Virus record (IMG/VR): IMGVR_UViG_3300035322_000209
Span: 1 to 30,102 of that record
Strand: one strand, 5' to 3'
DNA length: 30,102 nt
From: a virus
Lineage: Duplodnaviria > Caudoviricetes
The notes under the pieces were generated by a model, which saw only the letters and a list, made by a program, of their open reading frames with translations, was not told where the DNA came from and did no database searches. How positions within the stretch are numbered: position 1 is the stretch's first letter; each line of letters starts with the position of its first letter. This document shows, one piece after another, positions 8,007 to 17,359 of the stretch. The position numbers and the translations under genes are program-made.

Positions 8007-9779
8007 TTATCCTATTTTAGCTGTTTCAATTATATTTCTGTCCATAGCCTGTGCTGATGAGACATCTGATGAGGTCACAAAGGCTTTTATTGGTCTTTGG
8101 TTTTGTCCATTTAGTGCTTCAGCAATTTGATTCTGTGGTGATGATCCTACAATGTTAAAAGATGGAGTCCTAGAAGCAGGAGCAGAAACTCCACCTCCTG
8201 CAGATCCTGCTGCTGATTTTGCTCCAGAGACTGCTTGTTTGATTGCCATGACTATTCCAGCAGCTTGCAAACCATAAGCAATCAACATCGGAATGTTTTG
8301 AGGAAATCCAACTTTTGCTGTCTGTGCTGTTCCTTCTGCAACTGCAATCTGAGATCTGGCTGCAGCCTGTGCAGAAAATGTGATTGTCTTTTTTGCTTCC
8401 TCCATCATCTCCATAGCGTTCATAACTTGCTTTGCTACAAGAGCAGCTCTTCCTGCATCTGTCTCAGCTCCAAAGAGTGCAATTGCTTGATCTGCTGCTG
8501 CATGTTTAGCTGCTGAGATCATATCTATTTGTCTCTGCTCTTCTGCAGCTACTCTTGCATCAGACTCTTCCTTTTTCTTTTTTCTATCCTCCTCATCTTT
8601 TGCAGCCTTGTCATCTCTTTCTTTTTTCTCTGCAGCAGCCTTGTCCTCTCTGGCTTTGTTATCTGCAGCTTCTTTGTCTGCAATAGCTTTCTTTGCTGCA
8701 GCCTCTTCTGCTGTAAATGCAATGATTTGTCCTGTGACCTCTTTTTGCTTGACAAGTCTAGCAGTCTCTAATTGGATGAGTCTAGCCTTCAACTCTTCCT
8801 CTTCTATCATGTCCTCTTTTGTAGATTTGGACAAAGTGTTCTCCAGAGTCTTTGCTTCAGCTCTTAGTCTAGCAGCTTCTATCTCCTGTTTTGTGATGTT
8901 TTCCTCTACTGCTGCTGCTTGTTTTAGAAACTCTATTCTCTGCTGGACTGTGAAGTTCTCTTTGTCAACAGATTTCTCTAGGAGTGCAGCTCTATCTCTA
9001 TCTGCTTCAGCTCTATCTACAATCAGATCTCTTTCAGCCTTGTCTGCTTTTGCTCTGAGGTCTGCAACCTTTTGTGCTGACTTAGCATCAGCAGCAATTT
9101 CTTTTCCTAGCTCTTTTGTAGCATCAATTGTTTTCTTTATTCCATCAACAAGAGCCTCTGTTGCAATCACTGCAGGATTGATTGCTCTGTTTATTTCAAC
9201 AAATCCTGTGCCTGCATCATCTAAAGCTCCTCTAAAGTCTCCATCAAATAGCTTTTGAAAGGCTGATCCTAAAAGTCCAAGACCTCCCAGGAGCTGATCT
9301 ACTTTTCTGACTACAAAATCCTCTATTGATTTGCTGAAGTTTTTAAACGCTTCTACAGGATTTGTAAAAGTCTCAATGATTGTCATCCCTAGATCTGAGA
9401 GTTTGTCTGTGAGGTTGCCTACCACAGAGCCTATCACACCCATGATCTTGTTGAATTTGTTCTGACCTTCCTCAGAATCTCTAAAAGCTTGAGCAACTGC
9501 TCCTATTGCAAGGGCAATTGCACCAATTCCAGAAGTCAAAAGCACTCCTTTGAGTGTTCTGAATCCTTTAGTCACATTTTTAAGTGTCCCAATTAGTCCC
9601 TGGAAGCCAGAAACTGCTCCTCCTGTAACTGTGTCAAGCTGGTTTCCCATTTCTGAGACATCAGCTTTTGCTTCTTTTGACTTTTTTGATGTTTCTTTTA
9701 AACTATCATTGACAGCATCAACATTTTTGACAGCTCCTTTGCTGTCCACATTGAGCTTCATGTTTACTTCCTGGCTCAT
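8007..9779 (-). CDS. Tail tape measure protein (590 aa)
   Basis: Ala/Lys/Glu-rich helical coiled-coil with hydrophobic Gly/Ala segments near both ends. Confidence 0.75.
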   Translation of the reverse strand: MSQEVNMKLNVDSKGAVKNVDAVNDSLKETSKKSKEAKADVSEMGNQLDTVTGGAVSGFQGLIGTLKNVTKGFRTLKGVLLTSGIGAIALAIGAVAQAFRDSEEGQNKFNKIMGVIGSVVGNLTDKLSDLGMTIIETFTNPVEAFKNFSKSIEDFVVRKVDQLLGGLGLLGSAFQKLFDGDFRGALDDAGTGFVEINRAINPAVIATEALVDGIKKTIDATKELGKEIAADAKSAQKVADLRAKADKAERDLIVDRAEADRDRAALLEKSVDKENFTVQQRIEFLKQAAAVEENITKQEIEAARLRAEAKTLENTLSKSTKEDMIEEEELKARLIQLETARLVKQKEVTGQIIAFTAEEAAAKKAIADKEAADNKAREDKAAAEKKERDDKAAKDEEDRKKKKEESDARVAAEEQRQIDMISAAKHAAADQAIALFGAETDAGRAALVAKQVMNAMEMMEEAKKTITFSAQAAARSQIAVAEGTAQTAKVGFPQNIPMLIAYGLQAAGIVMAIKQAVSGAKSAAGSAGGGVSAPASRTPSFNIVGSSPQNQIAEALNGQNQRPIKAFVTSSDVSSAQAMDRNIIETAKIG

Positions 9780-9919
9780 AGCTTGTATCTAATTAGTTTG
9801 AATCCTTCTTTTATTGACTCTGGCATTTTGTTCCTACCTAGTGCAATCTTCTCCAGGTCTCCTAGATCCCTGTGATCATGTTTCAATATCTCCAGCATGT
9901 CAATGATGTTTTTTATCAT
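9776..9919 (-). CDS. Small hypothetical protein, 47 aa (MIKNIIDMLE...IALGRNKMPESIKEGF)
   Basis: Read by hand; fills the gap; ATGA overlap with the tape measure start. Confidence 0.7.
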   Translation of the reverse strand: MIKNIIDMLEILKHDHRDLGDLEKIALGRNKMPESIKEGFKLIRYKL

Positions 9920-9921
9920 GT

Positions 9922-12900
9922 TTAGAATGTTGATGGACAATAGGTTGCATTGACAACAGTCCCTGTGAGTTTATTAATTGATACAACCCCCTTGACTTTG
10001 TTTGTTTCATCTAGTAGGTAGAGCAAGTGATAGTCAAAGGATCTTAGACTAGCACCCCAATTGATGTCATAGAGACTGACTCCAAATTCTACTGCTTGAT
10101 TTGGCTGAATGATGTTTGTCTGATCACCATTAAATGAAGTATTGATGTCAATTCCATGCACTCTAGTGAATCTGATCTGATCTCCTGCCTCTGGATTGTT
10201 TCCTGTTCCATTGTGTGCAATCTGGAAGTCTGGAACATAGGTCACAGGGACAGTCACTCCACTAATCTCTGTTGTTCCTTTCAATGAGATTCCTGTTGCA
10301 GCAATTCCGATTTGAATATTACAAGCTCCCTGGTTTACAATCAAATCTGATGACAATGGCAGTGCTGCTCCGAAAAAGTACATTGCTCCTTTGTAAGCTG
10401 GTAGGGTAGGACTGCAATCATAAACAGCAACAACCTCTGCTGTGCTGTACTCAATCACTATTTGCTTAATGACTCTGTAGTAGCTTTTTCCATCTTTTAG
10501 ATAGTTGTCCAGGTTGTCTCCTAGTGAGATTGCAAAGTAGGTAGTTTGACCATACACTGATTGAAAGGAGTTTGTCCCTCCTGTATAGTTTGGAACTCCT
10601 GCAGTCTGTTTCCTGGAGACCCTATCACCCACCTCTGGATAGAGTCCTATTCCATTGTGAAACCAATTCAATGGATTTTCAGTGTAGCTGCCACATGTCC
10701 CTTTGTGGAATTGTGTGTAAGCGTTTGACTCTATTTGTGCCTTAGTTGGAATTGTATTGTATCCTGCATCAGTTCTGAGTCCTGCATTGTTTGCCCAGAT
10801 AAATTTCTTTGCAGTTGATGTGTTTGTTCCTGCTCCTGTGTCTGTACTTACAGAGTGAACTGCTGTGATTGTGTTTTTGTCAGTGTCATAGTCTGGATTG
10901 ACATTTGTCTTTGCATAGAACCTCGCAAACTTTATTTGTGGATGTGTCAATCCTGTGACTTTTGCCTCTTTGATCCTAGGTGAAGCTGTCAAGTCTAAAG
11001 GTGATCCAGCTCCAGCATAAACTGTGTCTGTGTTTACCATTATGAGCTGCACTCCTGCTGCTGCTTTTAGCGTGTCAATGTCATCAGTTGCTGTCAATGT
11101 AGATTCTGCATCAGCAATGAGGAATCCATACTCATCAACATTTTCCTGGTCACATAGTTTCCCAGATTCTGTGATCTCGAATTTGAATGTTGTTTGATTT
11201 GTAGATCCTATAGCAGAAACAAATGTGAGTGTAGGTGCTGTGACTACACATGGATCAATTGAAATTGAACTAGGCACATTTTGTAGTATTGGAGCAGGCA
11301 CAGGATCAATGATAGGAGGCTGTGTGAATCCATTATTTTGCCCACCAGCATTGTCTGCTGTGAATTGTATGTTGTCAATAGTGATGTCTGTCATTGAGAT
11401 GTCAATGGGAACTCCAAAGATTGTGATCGGAGAAGTAAGCGTGTCAACAGCAGCAGCAAACTTTGTTGATTTTAGAACATTGACAAGCTCCAGCTCACTT
11501 TTGCCATTTTCAAAATTTGTGGTGATGCTGTTTATTCTGTAGATTTTGTCAAAGATTCTGATGTCATCATTTAGTTGCAACTCTTCAGTGATGCTCATAG
11601 GTAGCTCTGCAGTGACTTTTGTGATCCTCTTTCTTTCATCAAACAAGTCTTTCACATAGTCCTCATAGTAGGTTTTGAAAAGCGTTCTCTCATTACTGAC
11701 TAGGGCATACTCATCAACCTCTGCATGAAAATTGATTGATTGTGACATTCCTGTTTCTACATAATCAGAAAAAACAGATGCAGAATTCGATGGCATGTAG
11801 GGAGCATTGATTGTGACCTTTGTGCCTCCAAGATTTCTTGCACTTATTGATGAACCTATTGTCTGAATGGGATAGAATAGCAGTGGCATCTCAGCACTCT
11901 TTTGCTCTTTGTCATCAACATGCCACCCCCATTGAACCTTAGTCAGATCTCCTGTGTTCAAATCATTGAGTCTCTCAAAGAGCATGTGTTCAAAAGGCAG
12001 CATGACCTCATAGGTCTCACCCTCAAACTTGTCTTTTTTGCCATTAGTTAGAAAATAGCTGTCCTCATTGTAGTTTGTTTGTCCCCAAGGTCTGTTGTTT
12101 ATGCTATTAAAATTGTCAGCAAGGAATGTCTTTGTGCTTTCATAGCCTAGATTGACTTGTCTGAAAGGTATTGGAGAATCAACCTGGCTTTTTGTTGAGT
12201 CAACATAGGGTGTGAAGTCCCAGAGCTTAGTAGAGCTGGCATAGTAGTCATCTAGTGTCTGCACTACTATCACATCATCATCATTGATGTAGGCTACAAG
12301 ATTGAACATCTTAAAGAGTCCCTGGAGCAGATCAATGACTTTCATCTCTGGTAGGTTTGCAGCGACACTGAAGTTTCCATCTGTGACAGTGGTGATTGTT
12401 GATGTCAAGCTGCAGTCTCTTTTTCCTCCTAGTATTGCATTGTTTTCTCTTTGCACAAAAACCTCTAGATCAAATGTTGTCACTGCTGATGTTTCTATAA
12501 AGACAGAAAACTGTCCATTGTCAACTTCAATGTGGTCTATTGTTTGACCCAGAGCAGTTCCGTTTTTTGTGTCACCTTTTAAGCTGTCAAACCTTTTGAA
12601 CTCCTCTCCATTTTTGTGAATGACTAGATTGTAGGTTGCTGTGTCATCTCCAGGATCAACTGTGAAGTCCAGATTGAACTGTATCCTTTTTTTAGTGTTG
12701 TTGATTGCAAAGTTGTTTGATCTTATGATCAGCTCATCTTGAGCATTGCCTACTAGATCATAGCTTTTGAACTGTTTTGATTTTTGCTGATCCTCAAACA
12801 GACCTCCACTCTTTGTGTGCATCCAAAGAAAAATGTTGTTGTAAGCAAAATTTGTGCTAGTGAAAAAATCATCAGAGAACTCCAGATCATAGTGCAACTG

Positions 12901-13545
12901 TATTGCCTTGATTATTGCATCAATTCTGATTGCTGGCTTTAGCTGTGAAAACAGAACTCCATTGTTGTCAGTTCCTGCTGATGGATAGACATTGTTGTTT
13001 TGATTAGCAGAGGAGTCATAGATCAGTCTGTTTGTGTGTGTGATCAGTGGAAAAATCACAGCGTTCTCAATTTGGTCTGAGCCTATAATGCTGTCTAAAC
13101 CATCATTCATGTAAGCTGCAATGTTTGTGTCATTGTAAACAAAGTCAAAAGCACTAAGCTCAGTCAGTGCTGAGATCTTGTCATCTCCTAGAACATCATT
13201 CAGTCTGATTGTGTCTCCAAAGAATGTGAGCTTGTAGCTTTCTGGTTTATTGTTTTTAAGATTAACACCTTCAAATCTGACCTTCCCTTTTTTAAATGGC
13301 TTATAGTTTACATGTAGATCAGCAACCTTTTTGATCTTCGCATTGTAGCCATCAATGTAGTAATTGTAGAAATGCTTGAAGATCTTGTTGTTGTTTTTAC
13401 TAGCAGGGACTGTGAAGCTCCTGGAGTAATCAGTCAAGACTGCATCAATCCTTTTTACATCTGTGATGTTTTGTGTCAAAGTGATTGACTCATCTTTGAA
13501 CATTTCAACCTCTTGTCCCTCAATGTAAAGCTGTAGCTGTAGCAT
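9922..13545 (-). CDS. Large tail tip/hub protein (1207 aa)
   Basis: N-terminal LQLYIEGQEVEMF...YSRSFTVPASKNNNKIF typical of siphovirus tail proteins; Thr/Gly/Asn-rich beta C-terminal half. Confidence 0.7.
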   Translation of the reverse strand: MLQLQLYIEGQEVEMFKDESITLTQNITDVKRIDAVLTDYSRSFTVPASKNNNKIFKHFYNYYIDGYNAKIKKVADLHVNYKPFKKGKVRFEGVNLKNNKPESYKLTFFGDTIRLNDVLGDDKISALTELSAFDFVYNDTNIAAYMNDGLDSIIGSDQIENAVIFPLITHTNRLIYDSSANQNNNVYPSAGTDNNGVLFSQLKPAIRIDAIIKAIQLHYDLEFSDDFFTSTNFAYNNIFLWMHTKSGGLFEDQQKSKQFKSYDLVGNAQDELIIRSNNFAINNTKKRIQFNLDFTVDPGDDTATYNLVIHKNGEEFKRFDSLKGDTKNGTALGQTIDHIEVDNGQFSVFIETSAVTTFDLEVFVQRENNAILGGKRDCSLTSTITTVTDGNFSVAANLPEMKVIDLLQGLFKMFNLVAYINDDDVIVVQTLDDYYASSTKLWDFTPYVDSTKSQVDSPIPFRQVNLGYESTKTFLADNFNSINNRPWGQTNYNEDSYFLTNGKKDKFEGETYEVMLPFEHMLFERLNDLNTGDLTKVQWGWHVDDKEQKSAEMPLLFYPIQTIGSSISARNLGGTKVTINAPYMPSNSASVFSDYVETGMSQSINFHAEVDEYALVSNERTLFKTYYEDYVKDLFDERKRITKVTAELPMSITEELQLNDDIRIFDKIYRINSITTNFENGKSELELVNVLKSTKFAAAVDTLTSPITIFGVPIDISMTDITIDNIQFTADNAGGQNNGFTQPPIIDPVPAPILQNVPSSISIDPCVVTAPTLTFVSAIGSTNQTTFKFEITESGKLCDQENVDEYGFLIADAESTLTATDDIDTLKAAAGVQLIMVNTDTVYAGAGSPLDLTASPRIKEAKVTGLTHPQIKFARFYAKTNVNPDYDTDKNTITAVHSVSTDTGAGTNTSTAKKFIWANNAGLRTDAGYNTIPTKAQIESNAYTQFHKGTCGSYTENPLNWFHNGIGLYPEVGDRVSRKQTAGVPNYTGGTNSFQSVYGQTTYFAISLGDNLDNYLKDGKSYYRVIKQIVIEYSTAEVVAVYDCSPTLPAYKGAMYFFGAALPLSSDLIVNQGACNIQIGIAATGISLKGTTEISGVTVPVTYVPDFQIAHNGTGNNPEAGDQIRFTRVHGIDINTSFNGDQTNIIQPNQAVEFGVSLYDINWGASLRSFDYHLLYLLDETNKVKGVVSINKLTGTVVNATYCPSTF

Positions 13546-14532
13546 CTATCTGATGTTGTTTATTTTGTCAAAGGCAAATTCAAACTCTAGTGTGTAGTTG
13601 ATCATTTTGTCATTGAGGTGTGTTTTGTGAGTCATGCTTTTTGTGAGTGGCAACAGAGGAAGAGTCTTTCCTTCAAATCTGATGTAGATATTCTCACTAA
13701 GAAGCAGCTCCTCAATTGTTGAGTTCATGTTTTCCTTTATAAAGCCTGTGTTGACTGTAAGCTTTGTTGTTGCGTTCACATTTGTGATCTGTTTCTGTGC
13801 TGCTGCTGTGCTATAGAGAACAGTAGATCTGTTGACTGTGTTTGCTTTGTAGCTTTCAGAGACTACATCAAAGCTTTCTATTGACTTCTTGAAAACATGA
13901 AGATCTTGAAATGCTCCATATTGATTGACAAAAGTCAATTTGTAGCTTGTAAACTTTGGCTCACAGATGTTTGTCACTGTGATTGTTTTCAAAAGTGTAG
14001 TGTCATCAGTGTCATAGACTTTTATCTCACTACTGTCAGCAGGAATTGTGATGTATTGAATCTTTTGATTGCTGTTTCCAGAGTCTGTGATCTGTGTGTC
14101 TGTGCTGTCAATTCTCACTTTGCCCACACCCTCTGCAAAAATTGGAAGCTTTCCTGCAGTCCCCTCTGGAAGATAGATGTTGTCAGAGGTGATCAGTGCG
14201 TTCCTAGAAAGCTCTGGATTGATTTCCTCTTCAAAGTAGCCATAGCCATCTACTGCTATGTAGTTGAAGATTTCTGGATTGCTATGATCTAAAAGATTCC
14301 CCTGGAGGTCTTTGTAGAAAACAACAGCAGTCACCCATTTTGCATGACACTGATAGTCATTGTTGAATGTGATCTCAATGTGATCTCTGACAAGCTCACC
14401 GATCTCCAGGACAATGTTGTTTTCAGTTCCTAGCCTTTCCTTGTTGATTGTGTACTTCAAGTCTGCTGCTGAATATGATCCAACAGTTCCAGAGTAGATG
14501 TAGAGTTGTAGTTGTACTGATCCTAGTGCCAT
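13546..14532 (-). CDS. Tail structural protein (distal-tail-like)
   Basis: 328 aa; FVNQYGAFQ...F, LTVNTGFI.E, ELLLSE and INYTLEFEFAFD patterns; precedes the large tail protein. Confidence 0.55.
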   Translation of the reverse strand: MALGSVQLQLYIYSGTVGSYSAADLKYTINKERLGTENNIVLEIGELVRDHIEITFNNDYQCHAKWVTAVVFYKDLQGNLLDHSNPEIFNYIAVDGYGYFEEEINPELSRNALITSDNIYLPEGTAGKLPIFAEGVGKVRIDSTDTQITDSGNSNQKIQYITIPADSSEIKVYDTDDTTLLKTITVTNICEPKFTSYKLTFVNQYGAFQDLHVFKKSIESFDVVSESYKANTVNRSTVLYSTAAAQKQITNVNATTKLTVNTGFIKENMNSTIEELLLSENIYIRFEGKTLPLLPLTKSMTHKTHLNDKMINYTLEFEFAFDKINNIR

Positions 14533-14542
14533 TTTTTATCTT

Positions 14543-16063
14543 TTAAAGTTGCCCTCCTTTTCCTTTTCCTGCTCCAGATCCATAGTTCACACCATCTGGA
14601 GGACAGTCCCATGCTGCAACATCTCTGACAATTCCTTCATCATCAATCTGCCACATTCTGAAGCTTCCTGTGTTTGTTCCTATTGTGGTTTTGTTTGTGC
14701 TTACTGCATAGTAGAAATTACCTCCTTGCATTGGAGCATTGTTCAGACACACTTGTTTTCCAAGTGCATTTGTGATTGTTGTTGCTGGTGAAGTGACTGA
14801 TCTGGACACATTCCATGTTCCTGGACAGTAGCCATCAATTGATGTCATGGCTGTTGCTAGATAGAAAGTGTTTGTCCCACATTGGTTTGCTTTTGCTGGT
14901 TGATTTATGTTTACAGGACAAGAGATTGTTCCAGAGTTGCTGTATCCTCCAGGAACTGTCACTGTGAATGTGACTGTCCTAGCAGTGTCACTTGAAACCT
15001 CTGCAAATTTCCCATTGCTGAAACCAGAGTTTGATGATGTATGTGCTGTGATTGATCCTAGAGCTGCTGATCCGTAGTCCACAATTCCAGACTGTGAGAT
15101 TCTTTGTCCAGATAGGTTTGCAGTCGAGCATGTGAACTCTGGATTTGCTGCTGGCTGTTCAAACTGTCTAGAACACTCAACTGTTGATCCAGAGTTTGTG
15201 TATCCTGCAGGAGCTGTCAAGTCAAAAAACAGAGTCACTGTTCTATTTGATCCTGTACTGTTTGCTGAGTGGCTAGTGATAGCTGATCCTCCAGATGTGG
15301 CTCTAATTGTTCCAACTGCTGCAACTGAGTTTGGCTTTGTAATTGTTCCATCCTGTGCAATTCCTCCTCCAGAGAAAGCTGCATCTGAACATGCAAAAGC
15401 AACTCCTCCTGGAACACTTACTGTGACAGATATTGATTGTGAAGCTGTACATGATCCAGAGACTCCATCAGTTGCTGAAACAATTACATTTGTTGATCCT
15501 CCGATGTTGTTTGAGTAGATTGTGAGTGTGCTTCCAGAAACTGAAGCATTGACTAGAGTCTGATTTGCTACATACACACTGTAGTTTGTAATAGGGTTAG
15601 AGCTTGAGAAATAGCTGCTGAGATTTACTGTGTCAGAATCACCTCCAGAATCAATTGACACTGCAGAGATTGATCCACTTGCTGTCACTCCTCCAGAACA
15701 AGTCACAGGAGGATCAGATGGAGTTGGCTGACTCACAACAAGAGCAGGCTGTTCTATAGTTCTGTCACAGTCAATGTATCCATCTGCAGAGTTTGAGTAG
15801 TTTGCAGGAATTGAGATTCTTAAAGTCAGATCTCTGTCTGTTGCTGTTGTCACTGTTGCAAACTTGTCATTGCTGAAATCTGAGTCTGTTGATGTGATTG
15901 ACAATATAGTTCCAAGTGCTGTTGCTGGTTGACTGATTTGCCCTTGCTGATCTATAGATAGATTTTGGATGCCTGCAGTTCCACACTGAAAAAGTGGAAG
16001 AGGAGCAACAGGCTCTGTCAAATTCAAATAAAATGGACTTCTGACATTGATTTTTGTACTCAT
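14543..16063 (-). CDS. Virion accessory protein with three Cys-bounded ~80 aa repeats and an Ig-like segment
   Basis: Ser/Thr/Gly-rich; the unit FxCxxA...I.Q.G...P..Y.NS...C....QPA occurs three times. Confidence 0.65.
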   Translation of the reverse strand: MSTKINVRSPFYLNLTEPVAPLPLFQCGTAGIQNLSIDQQGQISQPATALGTILSITSTDSDFSNDKFATVTTATDRDLTLRISIPANYSNSADGYIDCDRTIEQPALVVSQPTPSDPPVTCSGGVTASGSISAVSIDSGGDSDTVNLSSYFSSSNPITNYSVYVANQTLVNASVSGSTLTIYSNNIGGSTNVIVSATDGVSGSCTASQSISVTVSVPGGVAFACSDAAFSGGGIAQDGTITKPNSVAAVGTIRATSGGSAITSHSANSTGSNRTVTLFFDLTAPAGYTNSGSTVECSRQFEQPAANPEFTCSTANLSGQRISQSGIVDYGSAALGSITAHTSSNSGFSNGKFAEVSSDTARTVTFTVTVPGGYSNSGTISCPVNINQPAKANQCGTNTFYLATAMTSIDGYCPGTWNVSRSVTSPATTITNALGKQVCLNNAPMQGGNFYYAVSTNKTTIGTNTGSFRMWQIDDEGIVRDVAAWDCPPDGVNYGSGAGKGKGGQL

Positions 16064-16626
16064 TTTTCTGCTGTTGTTTTTAGTCTCTGCTCAATATCTA
16101 GAGCAAAGCTTTGTTTGATGTCTTTAGGGAGCTGTTTGAATGCTATTGTGAAAGGAGTTGTGAAAAACAGACTAGGCTTGATTCCAGATAGATAGATGCT
16201 TCTGGTAATAAGAAACACCAGGCTCTTTCTTTTTGCAAATCTACCTTGATCGTCTCTTGTTCCTGGAATACCTTTTCGTACTACCCAGGAGTCAATTGCA
16301 TCTCTGAGCCTTCCATTTCCTTTGTACTTACCAGAGCCAAACTTGTAGGGACTTCTAGGTGCTTGTTGCTTTCCTCTTCTCTTTGCTCCTGGAGGCAACT
16401 TTCCTGGGTTTGCTCCCTGGACTCCTAGATCCACAAAGTTTGCATAGTCCTCTGCATAAAATTCAAGCTCTATGATGCCTCTTTTCGTGTCAATCTTTGG
16501 CTCACTATATCCTAGAGATTTCGAGAGCTTAGAATTGCTCTTTAGTTTCCTTCTAGATTTAGAGACAACTGTCTTTCCAAATCTATTGAGTGCTTTCTTT
16601 AGTGATCTAAGATCTTTGGCTTCCAT
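16060..16626 (-). CDS. Putative neck/tail completion protein
   Basis: Basic 188 aa; YANFVDLGV and GIKPSLFF motifs; lies in the tail block. Confidence 0.5.
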   Translation of the reverse strand: MEAKDLRSLKKALNRFGKTVVSKSRRKLKSNSKLSKSLGYSEPKIDTKRGIIELEFYAEDYANFVDLGVQGANPGKLPPGAKRRGKQQAPRSPYKFGSGKYKGNGRLRDAIDSWVVRKGIPGTRDDQGRFAKRKSLVFLITRSIYLSGIKPSLFFTTPFTIAFKQLPKDIKQSFALDIEQRLKTTAEK

Positions 16627-17081
16627 TAGCAGCTTGTCATAGTGTTTGGCATTGTCACTGTAAATGATGCAGCAACTCCTGCCAGGTTATTCTCAAACCT
16701 CTCTGTGAAAAACTCACATGAGAAGGGAGTGTCTAGTTGATAGCTGTGCCTGTAGTCTGATTTGCGTTCCAGGACTGCATGCAATCTTCCTGCAACTGCA
16801 AGCTGTGTGTTCAGCACATCAATCTCATTGTTGTTTCCTCTAAGTTCTGAGGTGTTCTCTTCTTTTGAGATGTCAACTAGATCCATGAGAATCACGCCTA
16901 CATCTACAGAGATTGTGCTTGCATTGATTGTAGCATTCTGCACCTGGAGGTGACAGAGTGGATAGATGTTTGATCTGTTGAGGTCAATCTCTGTGATGTC
17001 TCCCTGGGTTACTTTATTGACAAAAGGCTCTGCAATAGCAGCCTCCTGGAGATCATCAATGACTTTGAAATATGTATTCAT
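16626..17081 (-). CDS. Putative tail terminator protein
   Basis: 151 aa acidic protein, YPLCH motif; call rests on size and position. Confidence 0.5.
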   Translation of the reverse strand: MNTYFKVIDDLQEAAIAEPFVNKVTQGDITEIDLNRSNIYPLCHLQVQNATINASTISVDVGVILMDLVDISKEENTSELRGNNNEIDVLNTQLAVAGRLHAVLERKSDYRHSYQLDTPFSCEFFTERFENNLAGVAASFTVTMPNTMTSC

Positions 17082-17359
17082 ATTGTTTTGATAAATATTG
17101 GAGTCAGCTCTTCTACTGTTTCAATCTTCATTGTCACAAACTCTTCAAGCCATTCAAGAGCTTCATCAAAGTCCATGTCTTTGTCTGCTGCCAGGACACA
17201 ATCAATTGCTTTCCAGAAGTCATAGATGGCAACCTTTGGATCAGATGCAGATATTCCTATCAGTGCGTTCTCAAACCCATCAGACAAGATGATCTCTTCA
17301 TCATCCAGGAGCAGTGATCTGTCATATAGTGAATTGATCAATTCAGCTTTGTTTTGCAT
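17078..17359 (-). CDS. Hypothetical phage protein (93 aa)
   Basis: Acidic ORF with DGFENALIG and DEALEW; overlaps both neighbours. Confidence 0.65.
   Translation of the reverse strand: MQNKAELINSLYDRSLLLDDEEIILSDGFENALIGISASDPKVAIYDFWKAIDCVLAADKDMDFDEALEWLEEFVTMKIETVEELTPIFIKTI

Noticed and set aside
8549-8755. Same-strand alternative-frame ORFs in the tape measure, in the 506 aa gene (15235-15417) and in int (29002-29217)
   Set aside because: Short, low-complexity by-products of codon bias with no recognisable motif, unlike the nested MTase ORF.
13543-13548. Stop-codon readthrough or recoding at the in-frame TAG-ATG junction (also TAA-ATG at 6766-6771)
   Set aside because: All three stop codons end genes normally across the window; zero-gap junctions are adequately explained by translational coupling.
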